From: an uncultured Candidatus Saccharibacteria bacterium | GTDB lineage: Bacteria > Patescibacteriota > Andersenbacteria > UBA10190 | Length of the DNA stretch: 64,000 bases | Assembly: GCA_964371255.1 (NCBI GenBank) | Contig: CAYJKV010000003.1 | Location: 86,901-150,900, forward strand | Reading direction: 5' to 3' | Shown here: piece by piece, positions 13,534 through 22,892 of the stretch | Numbering within the stretch: position 1 is the first letter of the stretch | How the letters are laid out: the number at the start of each line of letters is the position of its first letter | The notes under the pieces: model-generated | The model's input: only the letters and a program-made list of their open reading frames with translations | Database searches by the model: none | What the model was told of the DNA's origin: nothing | Translations under genes and position numbers: made by a program

Positions 13534-14292
13534 CTAAGCTGGCTCCGCTGCTGGTGCCTCATCATGCTCCGACGTAGCTACGCCGATAAACACGAGGGTG
13601 AGCAGTGTAAAAACCAAAGCCTGGATCAAACCGACAAACACTTCCAGGAAATAGAACGGTACCGGCAACAGCAGGGGAACGAGGTACGTCATAACGACTA
13701 ACAAAACCTCACCGGCGAATATATTGCCAAATAAACGGAAGGTAAAGGAAATGACCCGCGAGACTTCAGATACTAGCTCCAGGAAACCGACAAACAACAT
13801 AATCGGATTCAGACTGACATATTTTTTAAGATGCTTAACGACCCCCAGTTCCTTGATTGCCCAAGATTGCGTCATCCCGACGGAAATAAGCGCCAGTGCT
13901 AAGGTAGTATTTAAATCAGCTGTGGCTGCCCGAAATAGCGGCACATTGCCATGGGCTGTCTGGATGTGAATAGAACCGACTCCCGGAATTAATCCCAGCC
14001 AATTGTTTATCAAAATGAAAGCAAAAAAAGTTAAGAGCAGCGGCAGTAAACTCGCCGCTTTGGCTGGACTATGCAAAATATCCTCCGTCATGCCTTGCAA
14101 CATTTCCGTGATTGATTCGACGACTTGTGCCGCGCGGCTTCTCGGCGATACGGTCAAGGCCCGGCTGGCGAGATAAAAAATAATCAGCACCACCACGCTG
14201 CCGACCAGCCCGGTCACCATTGCATTCGTCACGGTCAAAGACCCGATTGTTGTTAAACCTTCCGCCGCTAATGAAATGTGTACGTCAGCCAT
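13534..14292 (-). CDS. atpB: Fo ATP synthase subunit a
   Basis: Polytopic membrane protein with the LSLRLFGNIFAGE-like motif (FRLFGNIFAGE). Confidence 0.85.
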   Translation of the reverse strand: MADVHISLAAEGLTTIGSLTVTNAMVTGLVGSVVVLIIFYLASRALTVSPRSRAAQVVESITEMLQGMTEDILHSPAKAASLLPLLLTFFAFILINNWLGLIPGVGSIHIQTAHGNVPLFRAATADLNTTLALALISVGMTQSWAIKELGVVKHLKKYVSLNPIMLFVGFLELVSEVSRVISFTFRLFGNIFAGEVLLVVMTYLVPLLLPVPFYFLEVFVGLIQALVFTLLTLVFIGVATSEHDEAPAAEPA

Positions 14293-14294
14293 AA

Positions 14295-14549
14295 CTATAC
14301 TTTATTCAGATATTTGATTTTGCGCCAGATAGCGCCACCGGAAACTACTAATGCCACCGGCATCAGCCCAATCGTAATGATCGGTTTAGTCGCGAAAATA
14401 TTATCCAGCTTTAGGCCAATCGCTAATACCATCAGCAACGGAACGATGATAATAAATCCCACTTCGCTTGCCAGTGCCAGCACGTTCAGGTTCGGTGTTT
14501 GTGACGGTGATGACGTCTGTTCGGTTTTGTCTGTGGGCATAGTTTTCAT
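14295..14549 (-). CDS. small membrane protein at head of atp operon (AtpI/AtpZ-like)
   Basis: Two TM helices, immediately upstream of atpB. Start uncertain: TTG at 14594 or ATG at 14549. Confidence 0.4.
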   Translation of the reverse strand: MKTMPTDKTEQTSSPSQTPNLNVLALASEVGFIIIVPLLMVLAIGLKLDNIFATKPIITIGLMPVALVVSGGAIWRKIKYLNKV

Positions 14550-14704
14550 AGTAAAATTTGCTGCCAGTCTAATCGAGCAATGAATAAGGGTCAAGTATCA
14601 AAAAAATTCATTATTGACTTATAGTCATAACCATATTATCCTGTTTGGGTTGTCAGACATGGCAACCTTCAAGGCTAACCCTAACCACTACAAGGATTCA
14701 GTGT

Positions 14705-15127
14705 ATGGCGGGACATAATGTAAAAACCGTTGTTGTCTTCTGCTCCGACTTTCGTCAGAACCAACAGGTAATGGATCATTGTCAAGCAGCATATGGGGAG
14801 TTCGATACTCTATCTTTTCCGGGTGCCTGCCTGCCCTTCTTGGCCGACGATTCAAGCCAGGTAACCGGCCAGTGGCTTACTATCCTTCATAAACTGCATG
14901 GCAATCAAAAGGTAGTAATCATTGATCACCTTGATTGCGGCGCATACAAAGTAACCTACGGTCAGGACCTGGCTGGTGCTCCTCCTGAACATGAAGGTTT
15001 TTTGCACCTAAAAAATTTCGTCGCTCTTCAAGAAAAATTCGCGACCGATCCGACCCTGCGCGACTTGAAGCTAGAATTCGCTCTTTATAACATCCCTACC
15101 CAGCACCTTGAGACTGTGAAGCTATAA
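14705..15127 (+). CDS. hypothetical protein with beta-carbonic-anhydrase-like CSDxR / HxxCG motifs
   Basis: FCSDFR and IIDHLDCGAY resemble the beta-CA zinc ligand motifs. Shorter than canonical beta-CA. RBS AAGGA ahead of ATG at 14705. Confidence 0.4.
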   Translation: MAGHNVKTVVVFCSDFRQNQQVMDHCQAAYGEFDTLSFPGACLPFLADDSSQVTGQWLTILHKLHGNQKVVIIDHLDCGAYKVTYGQDLAGAPPEHEGFLHLKNFVALQEKFATDPTLRDLKLEFALYNIPTQHLETVKL

Positions 15128-15150
15128 ATTTCATCTCGAGACTGTTCGCC

Positions 15151-15177
15151 CAACCGCACCCTGCGGTTTTTTTATTA
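15151..15177 (+). terminator. Rho-independent terminator
   Basis: aaccgcaccctgcggtt hairpin followed by TTTTTTT, 25 nt after the stop of the 14705 gene. Confidence 0.7.
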
Positions 15178-15396
15178 TTTCTCCCAAATGAGTGTGGGCC
15201 CATAGGGGACCACGAATTTGGTGCGAAATAATAACCCATCCGTCTTGTGGCCCGAAGCTTTAGCGAAGGACCAAGCCCGAAGGGCGAAGGAGGGTTCGTT
15301 ACTTATGTAAATACATGATCGGCACACGAGACCTCGCCTTTTGAGCGAATTAAAAAAACCGCCGTAGCTTTCGCCGTAGCGGTGTGGACGTGCAAA

Positions 15397-16515
15397 TCAG
15401 CGAACGGCCAATGTGTCCGCCTTGTATTCAAGGTTTTTCGGGACAATCACGACTTTCTTCTCATCGCCGCGCTTCTCAATGTGTCCGCCTTGCCACGCTT
15501 TTATGCCATGGCAGTGCGCCAATTCAATCACCGTCTGAACTTGGTCTGGCGGCACATAGAGAGCGAAGCCAGCACCCATATTGAAGTTCCCATAGGCTTC
15601 TTCATCGCTGACCGGGCCGTGTCCCTGAATAAACGAGAACAGTATCTGTGGCTTCCCGGGGTTGTCGATTATGTACACGAATGGCTCCACCGCTCGCATC
15701 AGCTTCCGCCAACCATGGCCAGTGATATTGACGGTGTAGTGCAGGTCGACACAGGACAAACAGGCTTCAATCGCTTGAACGTAGATCGTCGTTGGCTGCA
15801 CCAGTGCTTCGCCGTATGTCTGCCTGCCGGAAAGAGGTGTCATGTAGCCACCAGGCAGCTTATCAGCGATGCGGCGCGCCAGCGTCAGGCCGTTAGCGTG
15901 GATGCCGGAGCTGGCGAGCAGTACGATCGCGTCACCATCCTGGATCCGAGGCATGATCAGTAGTTCTTTGGGTTTGATCATGCCAATGGCAGAGCCACTC
16001 AAGACCACGGTCTCCGACGCAATCATATCCTTCAGCGTCGGTGTTTCACCACCAGCCCAAGTGCAGCATGCCAGATCACAGCCTTCCTTCCATCCGCGCA
16101 TCAGATCACGAACGCGTCGCTCATCCGTAAACCAGTTGCCATCTCCGGCGGCCAGATGCATTGCCAATGAAATCGGCAATGCGCCGACCGTGATCATGTC
16201 GTTCACGATCGTGGCAATCGTATCGCGCGCCACATAGTCGTAATACGAGCGGCCGGTGAGCTTGTACATGGCATCAGCCACGAGATTCTTACTGCCCAAG
16301 CCTTCCTCGACATGTGCTAAGTAACAGTCCGGCATTTCGATCAGATAGGCACTTTCGCCGCGACTCCACGGCACTTCCTTGAGATCAAACTCGCGCAGGT
16401 AATGGGCAGTCTCCTGTGCTGTTTCTTGTGCCTGCCGCTTGAACGGGTCCATCAGGCTGTAGTCAACGCCAGTGCTGGCATAGGTCATTGGCTTGGTCAT
16501 GGTTTGTTGCTCCAA
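15397..16515 (-). CDS. AIR synthase-related (PurM-like) protein
   Basis: Collinear with PurM: YASTGVDY (SYKDAGVDI), EEGLGSKNL (GTDGVGTKL), NDMITVGALP (NDLVVQGAEP), WAGGETPTL (VGGETAEMP), DGDAIVLLASSGIHANGLTL ([20 protein letters not shown]). Divergent from the canonical sequence. Confidence 0.65.
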   Translation of the reverse strand: MEQQTMTKPMTYASTGVDYSLMDPFKRQAQETAQETAHYLREFDLKEVPWSRGESAYLIEMPDCYLAHVEEGLGSKNLVADAMYKLTGRSYYDYVARDTIATIVNDMITVGALPISLAMHLAAGDGNWFTDERRVRDLMRGWKEGCDLACCTWAGGETPTLKDMIASETVVLSGSAIGMIKPKELLIMPRIQDGDAIVLLASSGIHANGLTLARRIADKLPGGYMTPLSGRQTYGEALVQPTTIYVQAIEACLSCVDLHYTVNITGHGWRKLMRAVEPFVYIIDNPGKPQILFSFIQGHGPVSDEEAYGNFNMGAGFALYVPPDQVQTVIELAHCHGIKAWQGGHIEKRGDEKKVVIVPKNLEYKADTLAVR

Positions 16516-16699
16516 ATTGTGAAAGGGCTAATTTGACGCTACGAAACAATTCCGAAGCGTGCAGGGTATCATACGTTTTCGGTCCAAATATGACAATTTA
16601 CATTTGCTGAAAGCGCCTCTCGCTGGTATGACCAAATGAGGCCGCGGATCGTCCGTGAGCTATTTTCTGAACATTCCCAACTAAATATAGGGAAAAACC

Positions 16700-19600
16700 A
16701 TGATCTATCGCATGTACCGACAGATGGACAGTAGTCTGGAGCTTGGTTTCTATATCGAGACCACAAGTCAGCTGTCCCAATTGGAGCAAAGACAGCTTCT
16801 GTGGCTGGTCGCAGAAACATTCGAACCCAGCCAAACTGGAACCGAACCCCACTTGACATCACCAGATGTCGTGGAAATCGGACCAAGGATTTCAATTGAG
16901 ACTCCATTCTCGTCGAATGCCGTCTCAATCTGCCAATCCATGGGGCTGCGGCAGATTACCCGTATCGAGCGTACTCACCGCCACCTAATTTGCAATGGCC
17001 AGTCGGCGGACATCCTCCTTCAGACTCATCTTGACCTAATGACCGAGCAGCACTACCCGAACGGAATCGAGAGTTTTGACACCGGCACATTGCCTGAAGG
17101 TGTCAAAGAAATCGACCTCATGGGTCGCGGCCAAGAAGCACTCGACGATATGAACAGTGCGCTTGGTCTTGGCATGGATGCCCGGGACCTCGAGTACTAT
17201 CAATATCTTTTTACTCAGGTCCTTCACCGGAATCCGACCGATGTTGAATTGTTCCAACTGGGCAACGCCAACAGCGAGCACAGCCGGCACTGGTACTTCA
17301 AGGGCCAGATTGTCATCGATGGAACGCCCATGCCGGAGACTCTCTTTGCGATCGTTCAGCGCCCGCTGAAAAGTCTCGGCAGTGATAATCGCAGCCTCGT
17401 TGCCTTTAGGGACAACGCTGGTGTGATCAAAGGATTCGGCACGCGCTTAATCCTTCCTGTCAATCCAGGCATGCCTTCGGCAATGTGTATCTTGGCAAAG
17501 GTGGTTCATATCACCTGTACCGCGGAAACTCACAACCATCCGACTTTCGTGTCGCCATACAATGGCGCTGCCACCGGTCCGGGAGGTGAAATACGTGACG
17601 GCAGTGCCGTTGGTTGTGGAGGTATATCAGGCATCGGTGTATTTGGTCTTTTTGTTGGCAACCTCTTTATCCCCGGGTATGAAATCCCAGGAGAAATAGT
17701 GGGTTACGGCAAACCGTCCAAGTACGCCTCTCCTCTTAGAATTCTGATTGAAGGAAGCAACGGGGCTTTTGATTACGGCAACCAGATCGGCAGGGCAGTC
17801 ACTCTAGGCTTTTGCCGAACCTTCGGTCAGACAGTCGGAGGCCAGTGGCGTGAGCCACGCAAACCAATCCTCTATAGTGGTGGTGTCGGTCACTTGTTTA
17901 ACGAGCACATCATTAAAGGGACGCCTGAAGTTGGCATGCTCATCGTGCGCATTGGCGGCCCCGCTTACCCTGTCGGGGTTGGCGGAGGCTCAGCTTCAAG
18001 CATGATGCAGGGTCAGAACACCGAGGATCTCGATTTCAACTCCGTCCAGCGCGGTAACGCAGAAATGGAGAATCGGGCGAACCGGGTCATTCGAGCCTGC
18101 ATCGAAATGGGCAATCAAAATCCCATCTCAAGTATTCACGATCAAGGTGCCGGTGGGCCGAGCAATGTTCTTACGGAACTTCTTGAACCCCTCGGCGGCC
18201 AGATCAACATTCGCGGCATTGTGCTTGGCGACAAGACGATGTCCGTCCTTAAAATCTGGAGCGCTGAATTTCAAGAAGGATATGGACTCCTGATCAGGCC
18301 GGAACGGATCGAACTTTTCATGTCGGTCTGTAAACGCGAGCGTGTCAACTGCGAAGTCCTCGGTGCAATCGATGGCCGTGGAAACGTTGTCGTTGAAGAT
18401 TCTCAAAACGGGACAACACCCGTCGCACTGAACCTGGATCAGATTCTGACGAATATGCCTCAGAAAACGTTCGAGTCTACCCGAGGGACTGAAGGCCTCA
18501 AACCTTTGAACCTGCCGGATGTCACTGTCGGCGAGGCACTGCGGGCGGTGTTCAAACTTCCCAGTGTGGGTTCGAAAGGGTTCCTTGTTCACAAGGTGGA
18601 CCGAAGCGTTACTGGGCTCGTCGCGCAGCAACAATGCTGTGGCATTGCCCAGATTCCGATTGCGAATGTGAGCATTAACGCACAAAGCCATTTCGGTTTA
18701 ACCGGAGCGGCCAGTGCAGTCGGTGAACAGCCGGTGAAGATGCTCATTGATCCGCGAGCTGGAGCCAGAATGGCGGTAGCAGAAATGCTGACCAACCTGG
18801 CCTCGGCACGGATTAGTGGTATGGAAGATATTCGATGCCGTGCCAACTGGATGTGGCCTGCTAAGCTGCCTAACGAAGGCGCCCTCCTCTATGAGGCCGC
18901 AGTTGCTATGTCTGACCTCATGGTCGGGCTTGGCATTGCAGTTGATGGAGGTAAAGATAGCCTGTCAATGGCAGCGACAATTTCGGGAGAGCTCGTAAAG
19001 GCGCCTGGCAGTTTAGTGATTCTCGGGTACGCCCCCGTGCCTGACATCACGAAGAAGGTCACGCCGGATATCAAGGAGGCAGGACGAAGCGAGTTGTGGC
19101 TGATTGATCTTGGACTGGGTAAAAATCGCCTAGGCGGTTCAGCTCTAGCTCAAGCGTTCAACCAGCTCGGTGATGAGTCGCCCGATGTTGACAGCCCTAA
19201 ACTCCTCAAGAACGCGTTTCTTGCGGTGCAACAGATGATCGACGACGGGTTGATTCTGTCTCTGCATGATCGAAGCGACGGTGGTCTCATAACCGCGGTC
19301 GCAGAGATGTGTATGGCCAGTTGCTGTGGATTCAGTCTGAGCGTTCCTAACGCTGAAGAATTACTGGCTAGTTTATTTAGCGAGGAGCTCGGGTTTATTG
19401 TAGAAGTTGAACAAGGAGAAAAGATTGGTCAAATTTGTAAACTTTGCCAGTCACTCGGTGTACCGATTTACAATGTTGGCAAGACGCTGTTAAGCACTTT
19501 GTGCGAGGTACATAATGGTGCTGATCAAACATTCTGGGATAGCTCAATTACAGATCTCCGGGCGTGGTGGGAGTCTACATGTTACGAAGTCGAGAAGTTG

Positions 19601-20539
19601 CAGATGAATCCCGCGTGTGCCGAAGAAGAACATGTTGCTCGCCAGAGCCGGCTTCCCAGCATTAATGCGGCTCCATCTTATCAGCTCTCGTTTGCTCCAA
19701 TTGCAACACCTCTGGCAGTTCTGGAGGCGGACAACAAACCTCGTGTGGCGGTGCTGCGCGAGGAAGGCACGAACGGCGACCGAGAAATGCAAGCTGCCTG
19801 TGCAGCAGCCGGTTTTGCACCATGGGATGTCACTATGAGTGATCTTCTGGCAGGCAGCATCAATCTGGATATGTTCCAGGGGATCATCTTTGCTGGCGGC
19901 TTCTCCTACAAGGACGTATTCGACAGCGCTAAAGGCTGGGCCGGGACAATCCTGTTCAATGATAGGTTGAGGGAGATGTTCGACCGCTTCTACGTCCGCG
20001 AGGATATATTCTCGCTCGGCGTGTGCAACGGCTGTCAGCTGATGGCGCTACTCGGATGGGTACCGTGGCAAGGCATTGCCAGTGAGATGCAACCGAGGTT
20101 CGTTCACAACACTTCGGGTCGGTTTGAGTCCAGGTGGGTACAGGTAGAAGTTTTACCCAGCCCATCGGTGCTTCTTAACGGCCTGGAAGGATCGAAGCTC
20201 GGCATATGGGTCGCTCATGGCGAAGGCCGACTGGTTTATCCGGATCAGTCGATTGCGCAGGAGGTTTTAAAGCTTAAGCTGGCACCTCTCGTCTACCTGG
20301 ATCCATATGGTGAGCAGACGGAACTGTATCCATACAATCCGAATGGTTCGCCGCTCGGGATTACGGCTCTGTGCTCTCCAGACGGACGTCATCTTGCAAT
20401 GATGCCTCATCCAGAACGTTGTTTTCGTTGGTGGCAGTGGCCTTGGCAGCCAGCTTCATGGCAACGTCTCAACACCTCTCCATGGCTCCGGATGTTTCAG
20501 AACGCCAGGGAATGGTGCAGGGCTTACGGACTTATCTAA
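16700..20539 (+). CDS. purL: phosphoribosylformylglycinamidine synthase, large single-chain type
   Basis: 1279 aa. ETHNHPTFVSPYNGAATGPGGEIRD FGAM-synthetase core. C-terminal class-I glutamine amidotransferase (GVCNGCQLMALLGW). N-terminal repeat as in E. coli PurL. Confidence 0.9.
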   Translation: MIYRMYRQMDSSLELGFYIETTSQLSQLEQRQLLWLVAETFEPSQTGTEPHLTSPDVVEIGPRISIETPFSSNAVSICQSMGLRQITRIERTHRHLICNGQSADILLQTHLDLMTEQHYPNGIESFDTGTLPEGVKEIDLMGRGQEALDDMNSALGLGMDARDLEYYQYLFTQVLHRNPTDVELFQLGNANSEHSRHWYFKGQIVIDGTPMPETLFAIVQRPLKSLGSDNRSLVAFRDNAGVIKGFGTRLILPVNPGMPSAMCILAKVVHITCTAETHNHPTFVSPYNGAATGPGGEIRDGSAVGCGGISGIGVFGLFVGNLFIPGYEIPGEIVGYGKPSKYASPLRILIEGSNGAFDYGNQIGRAVTLGFCRTFGQTVGGQWREPRKPILYSGGVGHLFNEHIIKGTPEVGMLIVRIGGPAYPVGVGGGSASSMMQGQNTEDLDFNSVQRGNAEMENRANRVIRACIEMGNQNPISSIHDQGAGGPSNVLTELLEPLGGQINIRGIVLGDKTMSVLKIWSAEFQEGYGLLIRPERIELFMSVCKRERVNCEVLGAIDGRGNVVVEDSQNGTTPVALNLDQILTNMPQKTFESTRGTEGLKPLNLPDVTVGEALRAVFKLPSVGSKGFLVHKVDRSVTGLVAQQQCCGIAQIPIANVSINAQSHFGLTGAASAVGEQPVKMLIDPRAGARMAVAEMLTNLASARISGMEDIRCRANWMWPAKLPNEGALLYEAAVAMSDLMVGLGIAVDGGKDSLSMAATISGELVKAPGSLVILGYAPVPDITKKVTPDIKEAGRSELWLIDLGLGKNRLGGSALAQAFNQLGDESPDVDSPKLLKNAFLAVQQMIDDGLILSLHDRSDGGLITAVAEMCMASCCGFSLSVPNAEELLASLFSEELGFIVEVEQGEKIGQICKLCQSLGVPIYNVGKTLLSTLCEVHNGADQTFWDSSITDLRAWWESTCYEVEKLQMNPACAEEEHVARQSRLPSINAAPSYQLSFAPIATPLAVLEADNKPRVAVLREEGTNGDREMQAACAAAGFAPWDVTMSDLLAGSINLDMFQGIIFAGGFSYKDVFDSAKGWAGTILFNDRLREMFDRFYVREDIFSLGVCNGCQLMALLGWVPWQGIASEMQPRFVHNTSGRFESRWVQVEVLPSPSVLLNGLEGSKLGIWVAHGEGRLVYPDQSIAQEVLKLKLAPLVYLDPYGEQTELYPYNPNGSPLGITALCSPDGRHLAMMPHPERCFRWWQWPWQPASWQRLNTSPWLRMFQNAREWCRAYGLI

Positions 20540-20600
20540 AAGCCAATCCGACCTCTTACTTATGGATGTGTAAGGGGTTTTTTATTTTTTTCAGGCCCGT

Positions 20601-20760
20601 CATACCAACCGGAGTTAATTCCTGCTATATTCCACACTTATCCTTCTCCCTGCCTCGCCCCGCCGTTGGCGGGGATAAAGGGGCCTGCCTGCCGGTAGGC
20701 AGGGATTGATGGGGTTTGGTCGTCACCGGCATAGCAGACATTAAGTTCGGTTGGTATCAG
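20601..20760. mobile_element. MITE-like element copy A (about 160 bp, about 31-bp imperfect terminal inverted repeats ATACCAACCGRAGTKAATTCCTGCTATATTCC ... GGCATAGCAGACATYAARTTCGGTTGGTAT)
   Basis: Terminal inverted repeats seen directly. The GC-rich hairpin core contains the CCTGCCTGCCGGTAGGCAGG palindrome. A second copy lies at 22449. Confidence 0.7.
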
Positions 20761-20821
20761 CCGGTCTTTTCATGCAGGGAACTTTGGTTCAAACGTTATC
20801 CACCCCGCGGCCACGGTCACT

Positions 20822-20850
20822 AGACACACATTTAAAATGTGTCTATACTG
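20822..20850 (+). promoter_or_regulatory. palindromic operator-like site overlapping a TATACT -10 upstream of the YcaO gene
   Basis: agacacacattt aaaatgtgtgtct inverted repeat immediately followed by TATACT. GGAG RBS 9 nt before the YcaO ATG. Confidence 0.4.
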
Positions 20851-20922
20851 CCTATCTGGTTTTTCCTGTTCATTCGCTGTACCGACTGTGCCTTAACAAC
20901 TTTTCGTCTCGGAGAATAGATC

Positions 20923-22113
20923 ATGTTTCGCGTCAAAGTTCTTAGTAATGACCCGTCACCTCTCGCCTACAAGCCTCGTACCTATATTGTCGAAGCTCAA
21001 ACCGACCAAACTGTTGGCTATGGTTCTCATTCTGATTGCGCGACTGCCCGAGAAATTGCTATCGCTGAAGCAAGCGAACGGCAGGCTGTCTACGCTAACC
21101 TTCCCCTCAATGTTGGCCCGCTCAATGGCAGCAGTCAACGAATTGATCCCAGGACACTGATGCCGCTTTCCGTCGAGCAACTTCGTCACGTTTATTTGGA
21201 GGAATTCAATCCTGATCTGGACTATCGATGGCTGGCCGGTCATGAAGTTATGAACGGTTCGCCGGTCGAGATCATTGCGGATTGTTGTCTTTATTCTCTG
21301 CCAGATAATTGGCCCAACGGCCGTGTTGCCTGGGCGAATTCTAACGGCATGGCTGCTGGCAAGACGTATGACGACGCTGAAAAATCCGCTCTGCTCGAGT
21401 TATTCGAAAGAGACGCGCTGATGAATATCTGGATGTCACGTTTCTCGCCGCCCCAAATCGCTAACCGTCATCTGCCCGGCAAAGTCACTGCCATTCAGAA
21501 GGACTTATCCAGTACCGGCTACCAGTTTGCCACCCTTGACGCTACTTGTCGCTCTGTCCCGGTTGTGATCACATTGGCTTACCGGGACCGGCCCCCGGCA
21601 TTAGTTCTAACAGCAGCAGCGCGTTTTTCGTTGGTCGAAGCCGTTCACGCTGCCTGGCGCGAACTTGAGCGGGAAATATTTCTCCGGTTACTGTTAGCTA
21701 AGTCATCTGCTTCAACTGCTATGCCAACCAAGATACCGATCACTTGTGTCCGCAGCAGCAACGACCACGCCTCCTTTTACAGTGATCCTGAAAATTCGTC
21801 ATACGCTAGCTTTCTCTGGCAAAGCGATCCGGCCGACAACCAACCAGAGGACCGACACCAGCTTTGTGACCAACCGTCGTCAATATGGGACCTAAGAACT
21901 TGTTGCCAAAACTGCTCCATCAGTCAGCTATATTATCTCGACTATGGATTAATTAATGGCCACCATGTTATTCGTTTAATGACCCCGGATCTTGTGCCTT
22001 TGTTGTTCGGATATAATCAATTTCCCTTAGCCCATCGGGCTCGCCATACCTGTTATCTTCCATCTCTAACCCCTAACTGGAACTGCCCTGTTCCACCTCA
22101 CCCCTTGGATTGA
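20923..22113 (+). CDS. stand-alone YcaO-domain protein (cyclodehydratase-like ATP-dependent amide activator)
   Basis: VGYGSHSDCATAREIAIAEASERQAV and WANSNGMAAGKTYDDAEKSALLELFERDAL match the YcaO ATP/Mg signature. C-terminal Pro-rich end ...CPVPPHPLD (PxPxP-like). Cys-rich C-terminal segment. Confidence 0.75.
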   Translation: MFRVKVLSNDPSPLAYKPRTYIVEAQTDQTVGYGSHSDCATAREIAIAEASERQAVYANLPLNVGPLNGSSQRIDPRTLMPLSVEQLRHVYLEEFNPDLDYRWLAGHEVMNGSPVEIIADCCLYSLPDNWPNGRVAWANSNGMAAGKTYDDAEKSALLELFERDALMNIWMSRFSPPQIANRHLPGKVTAIQKDLSSTGYQFATLDATCRSVPVVITLAYRDRPPALVLTAAARFSLVEAVHAAWRELEREIFLRLLLAKSSASTAMPTKIPITCVRSSNDHASFYSDPENSSYASFLWQSDPADNQPEDRHQLCDQPSSIWDLRTCCQNCSISQLYYLDYGLINGHHVIRLMTPDLVPLLFGYNQFPLAHRARHTCYLPSLTPNWNCPVPPHPLD

Positions 22114-22192
22114 CAAAACCAACCGTGTTAGACTACTATCTCGTTAGTTGTTGTTTTCGTTTTAAGGCATTCTCAAAAATAGGAGTAAAAAG

Positions 22193-22354
22193 ATGCCTTG
22201 CTCAAGTAGTGAACTCCCACGGGAGCAGAAACGGGTTAGCCATCAGGAAATCGAGCTAGCTGCGTACTATCGGTATCTGTGGCGGAAGCGAAACGGCATT
22301 CCCGGAACCGCCCAGGAAGATTTTGAGAGAGCTGCTGCAACGCTCGCCACGTAA
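22193..22354 (+). CDS. DUF2934-like small protein (53 aa)
   Basis: AGGAG RBS. LAAYYRYLWRKRNGIPGTAQEDFERAA resembles the DUF2934 core (AYxxWxxRGxPxGxxxxDWxxAE). N-terminus MPCSSSELP. Confidence 0.5.
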   Translation: MPCSSSELPREQKRVSHQEIELAAYYRYLWRKRNGIPGTAQEDFERAAATLAT

Positions 22355-22448
22355 TGCATCCTCTTCCAACGTGCGTGCCCCCACCGCCACTCAATTACGA
22401 GTGTGCGGTTTTTTTATAAATAGGAGCCCAGCAGAAGAATATAGGTGT

Positions 22449-22565
22449 CATACCAACCGAAGTGAATTCCTGCTATATTCCACTGTCGTTCTTCCCCCTG
22501 ATAAGGGGGATTGAGGGGGTTTGGCCGTCACTGGCATAGCAGACATCAAATTCGGTTGGTATCAG
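22449..22565. mobile_element. MITE-like element copy B (about 117 bp), same TIRs as copy A
   Basis: tcataccaaccgaagtgaattcctgctatattcc ... ggcatagcagacatcaaattcggttggtatcag. Core has CCCCCTGATAAGGGGG hairpin plus GGGGTTTGG. Confidence 0.7.
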
Positions 22566-22892
22566 GTTAGGAAAATTACGTCATCAATTTTCCAATAAGG
22601 GAATGGTCTCATCCATTCCCTTGTTGTCAGTCCACCCTAACGGAACATGTTAGAACCTTACTGCAACAAATGTGCCGGGAAACCTAACTTGAGCAGGGGT
22701 ACAGCGCCTTCGCTACAGTACACCCAAATAACATGGGCAAAGCGTCCGAAGCCATATTTGACAGAGAAGCATATACATGATTAGATATTGCATCCTAGCC
22801 GGTATGCTGGGAATGTAAGTTTTGAGGCTATTTAGGTTCCGGTGCGTTACCGGGATGGGATTAGTCTCACCATAACGTAAGGAGTTCCTTTT

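Noticed and set aside
15355-15395. Putative terminator for the PurM-like gene (AAAAAAACC-GCCGTAGC-TTTC-GCCGTAGC-GG)
   Set aside because: The two GCCGTAGC copies are direct repeats, not inverted, so no hairpin forms.
16516-16699. Purine or ZTP riboswitch between the divergent PurM-like and purL genes
   Set aside because: I could not find the conserved purine-aptamer (UAUA...GGGA...UUUCUACC) or pfl-motif segments by eye. This needs an Rfam scan before any claim.
18128-18691. 187-aa minus-strand ORF, plus several other ORFs of 60-120 aa within 16700-20539
   Set aside because: They lie inside and antisense to, or out of frame with, purL.
20751-20945. 64-aa ORF directly upstream of and overlapping the YcaO start, considered as a RiPP precursor peptide
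   Set aside because: It spans the promoter and operator palindrome and the end of the MITE, has no RBS, and is not Cys/Ser/Thr-enriched in a core-like C-terminus.
22323-22514. 63-aa ORF
   Set aside because: It lies entirely inside MITE-like copy B, so it is repeat-derived and not coding.
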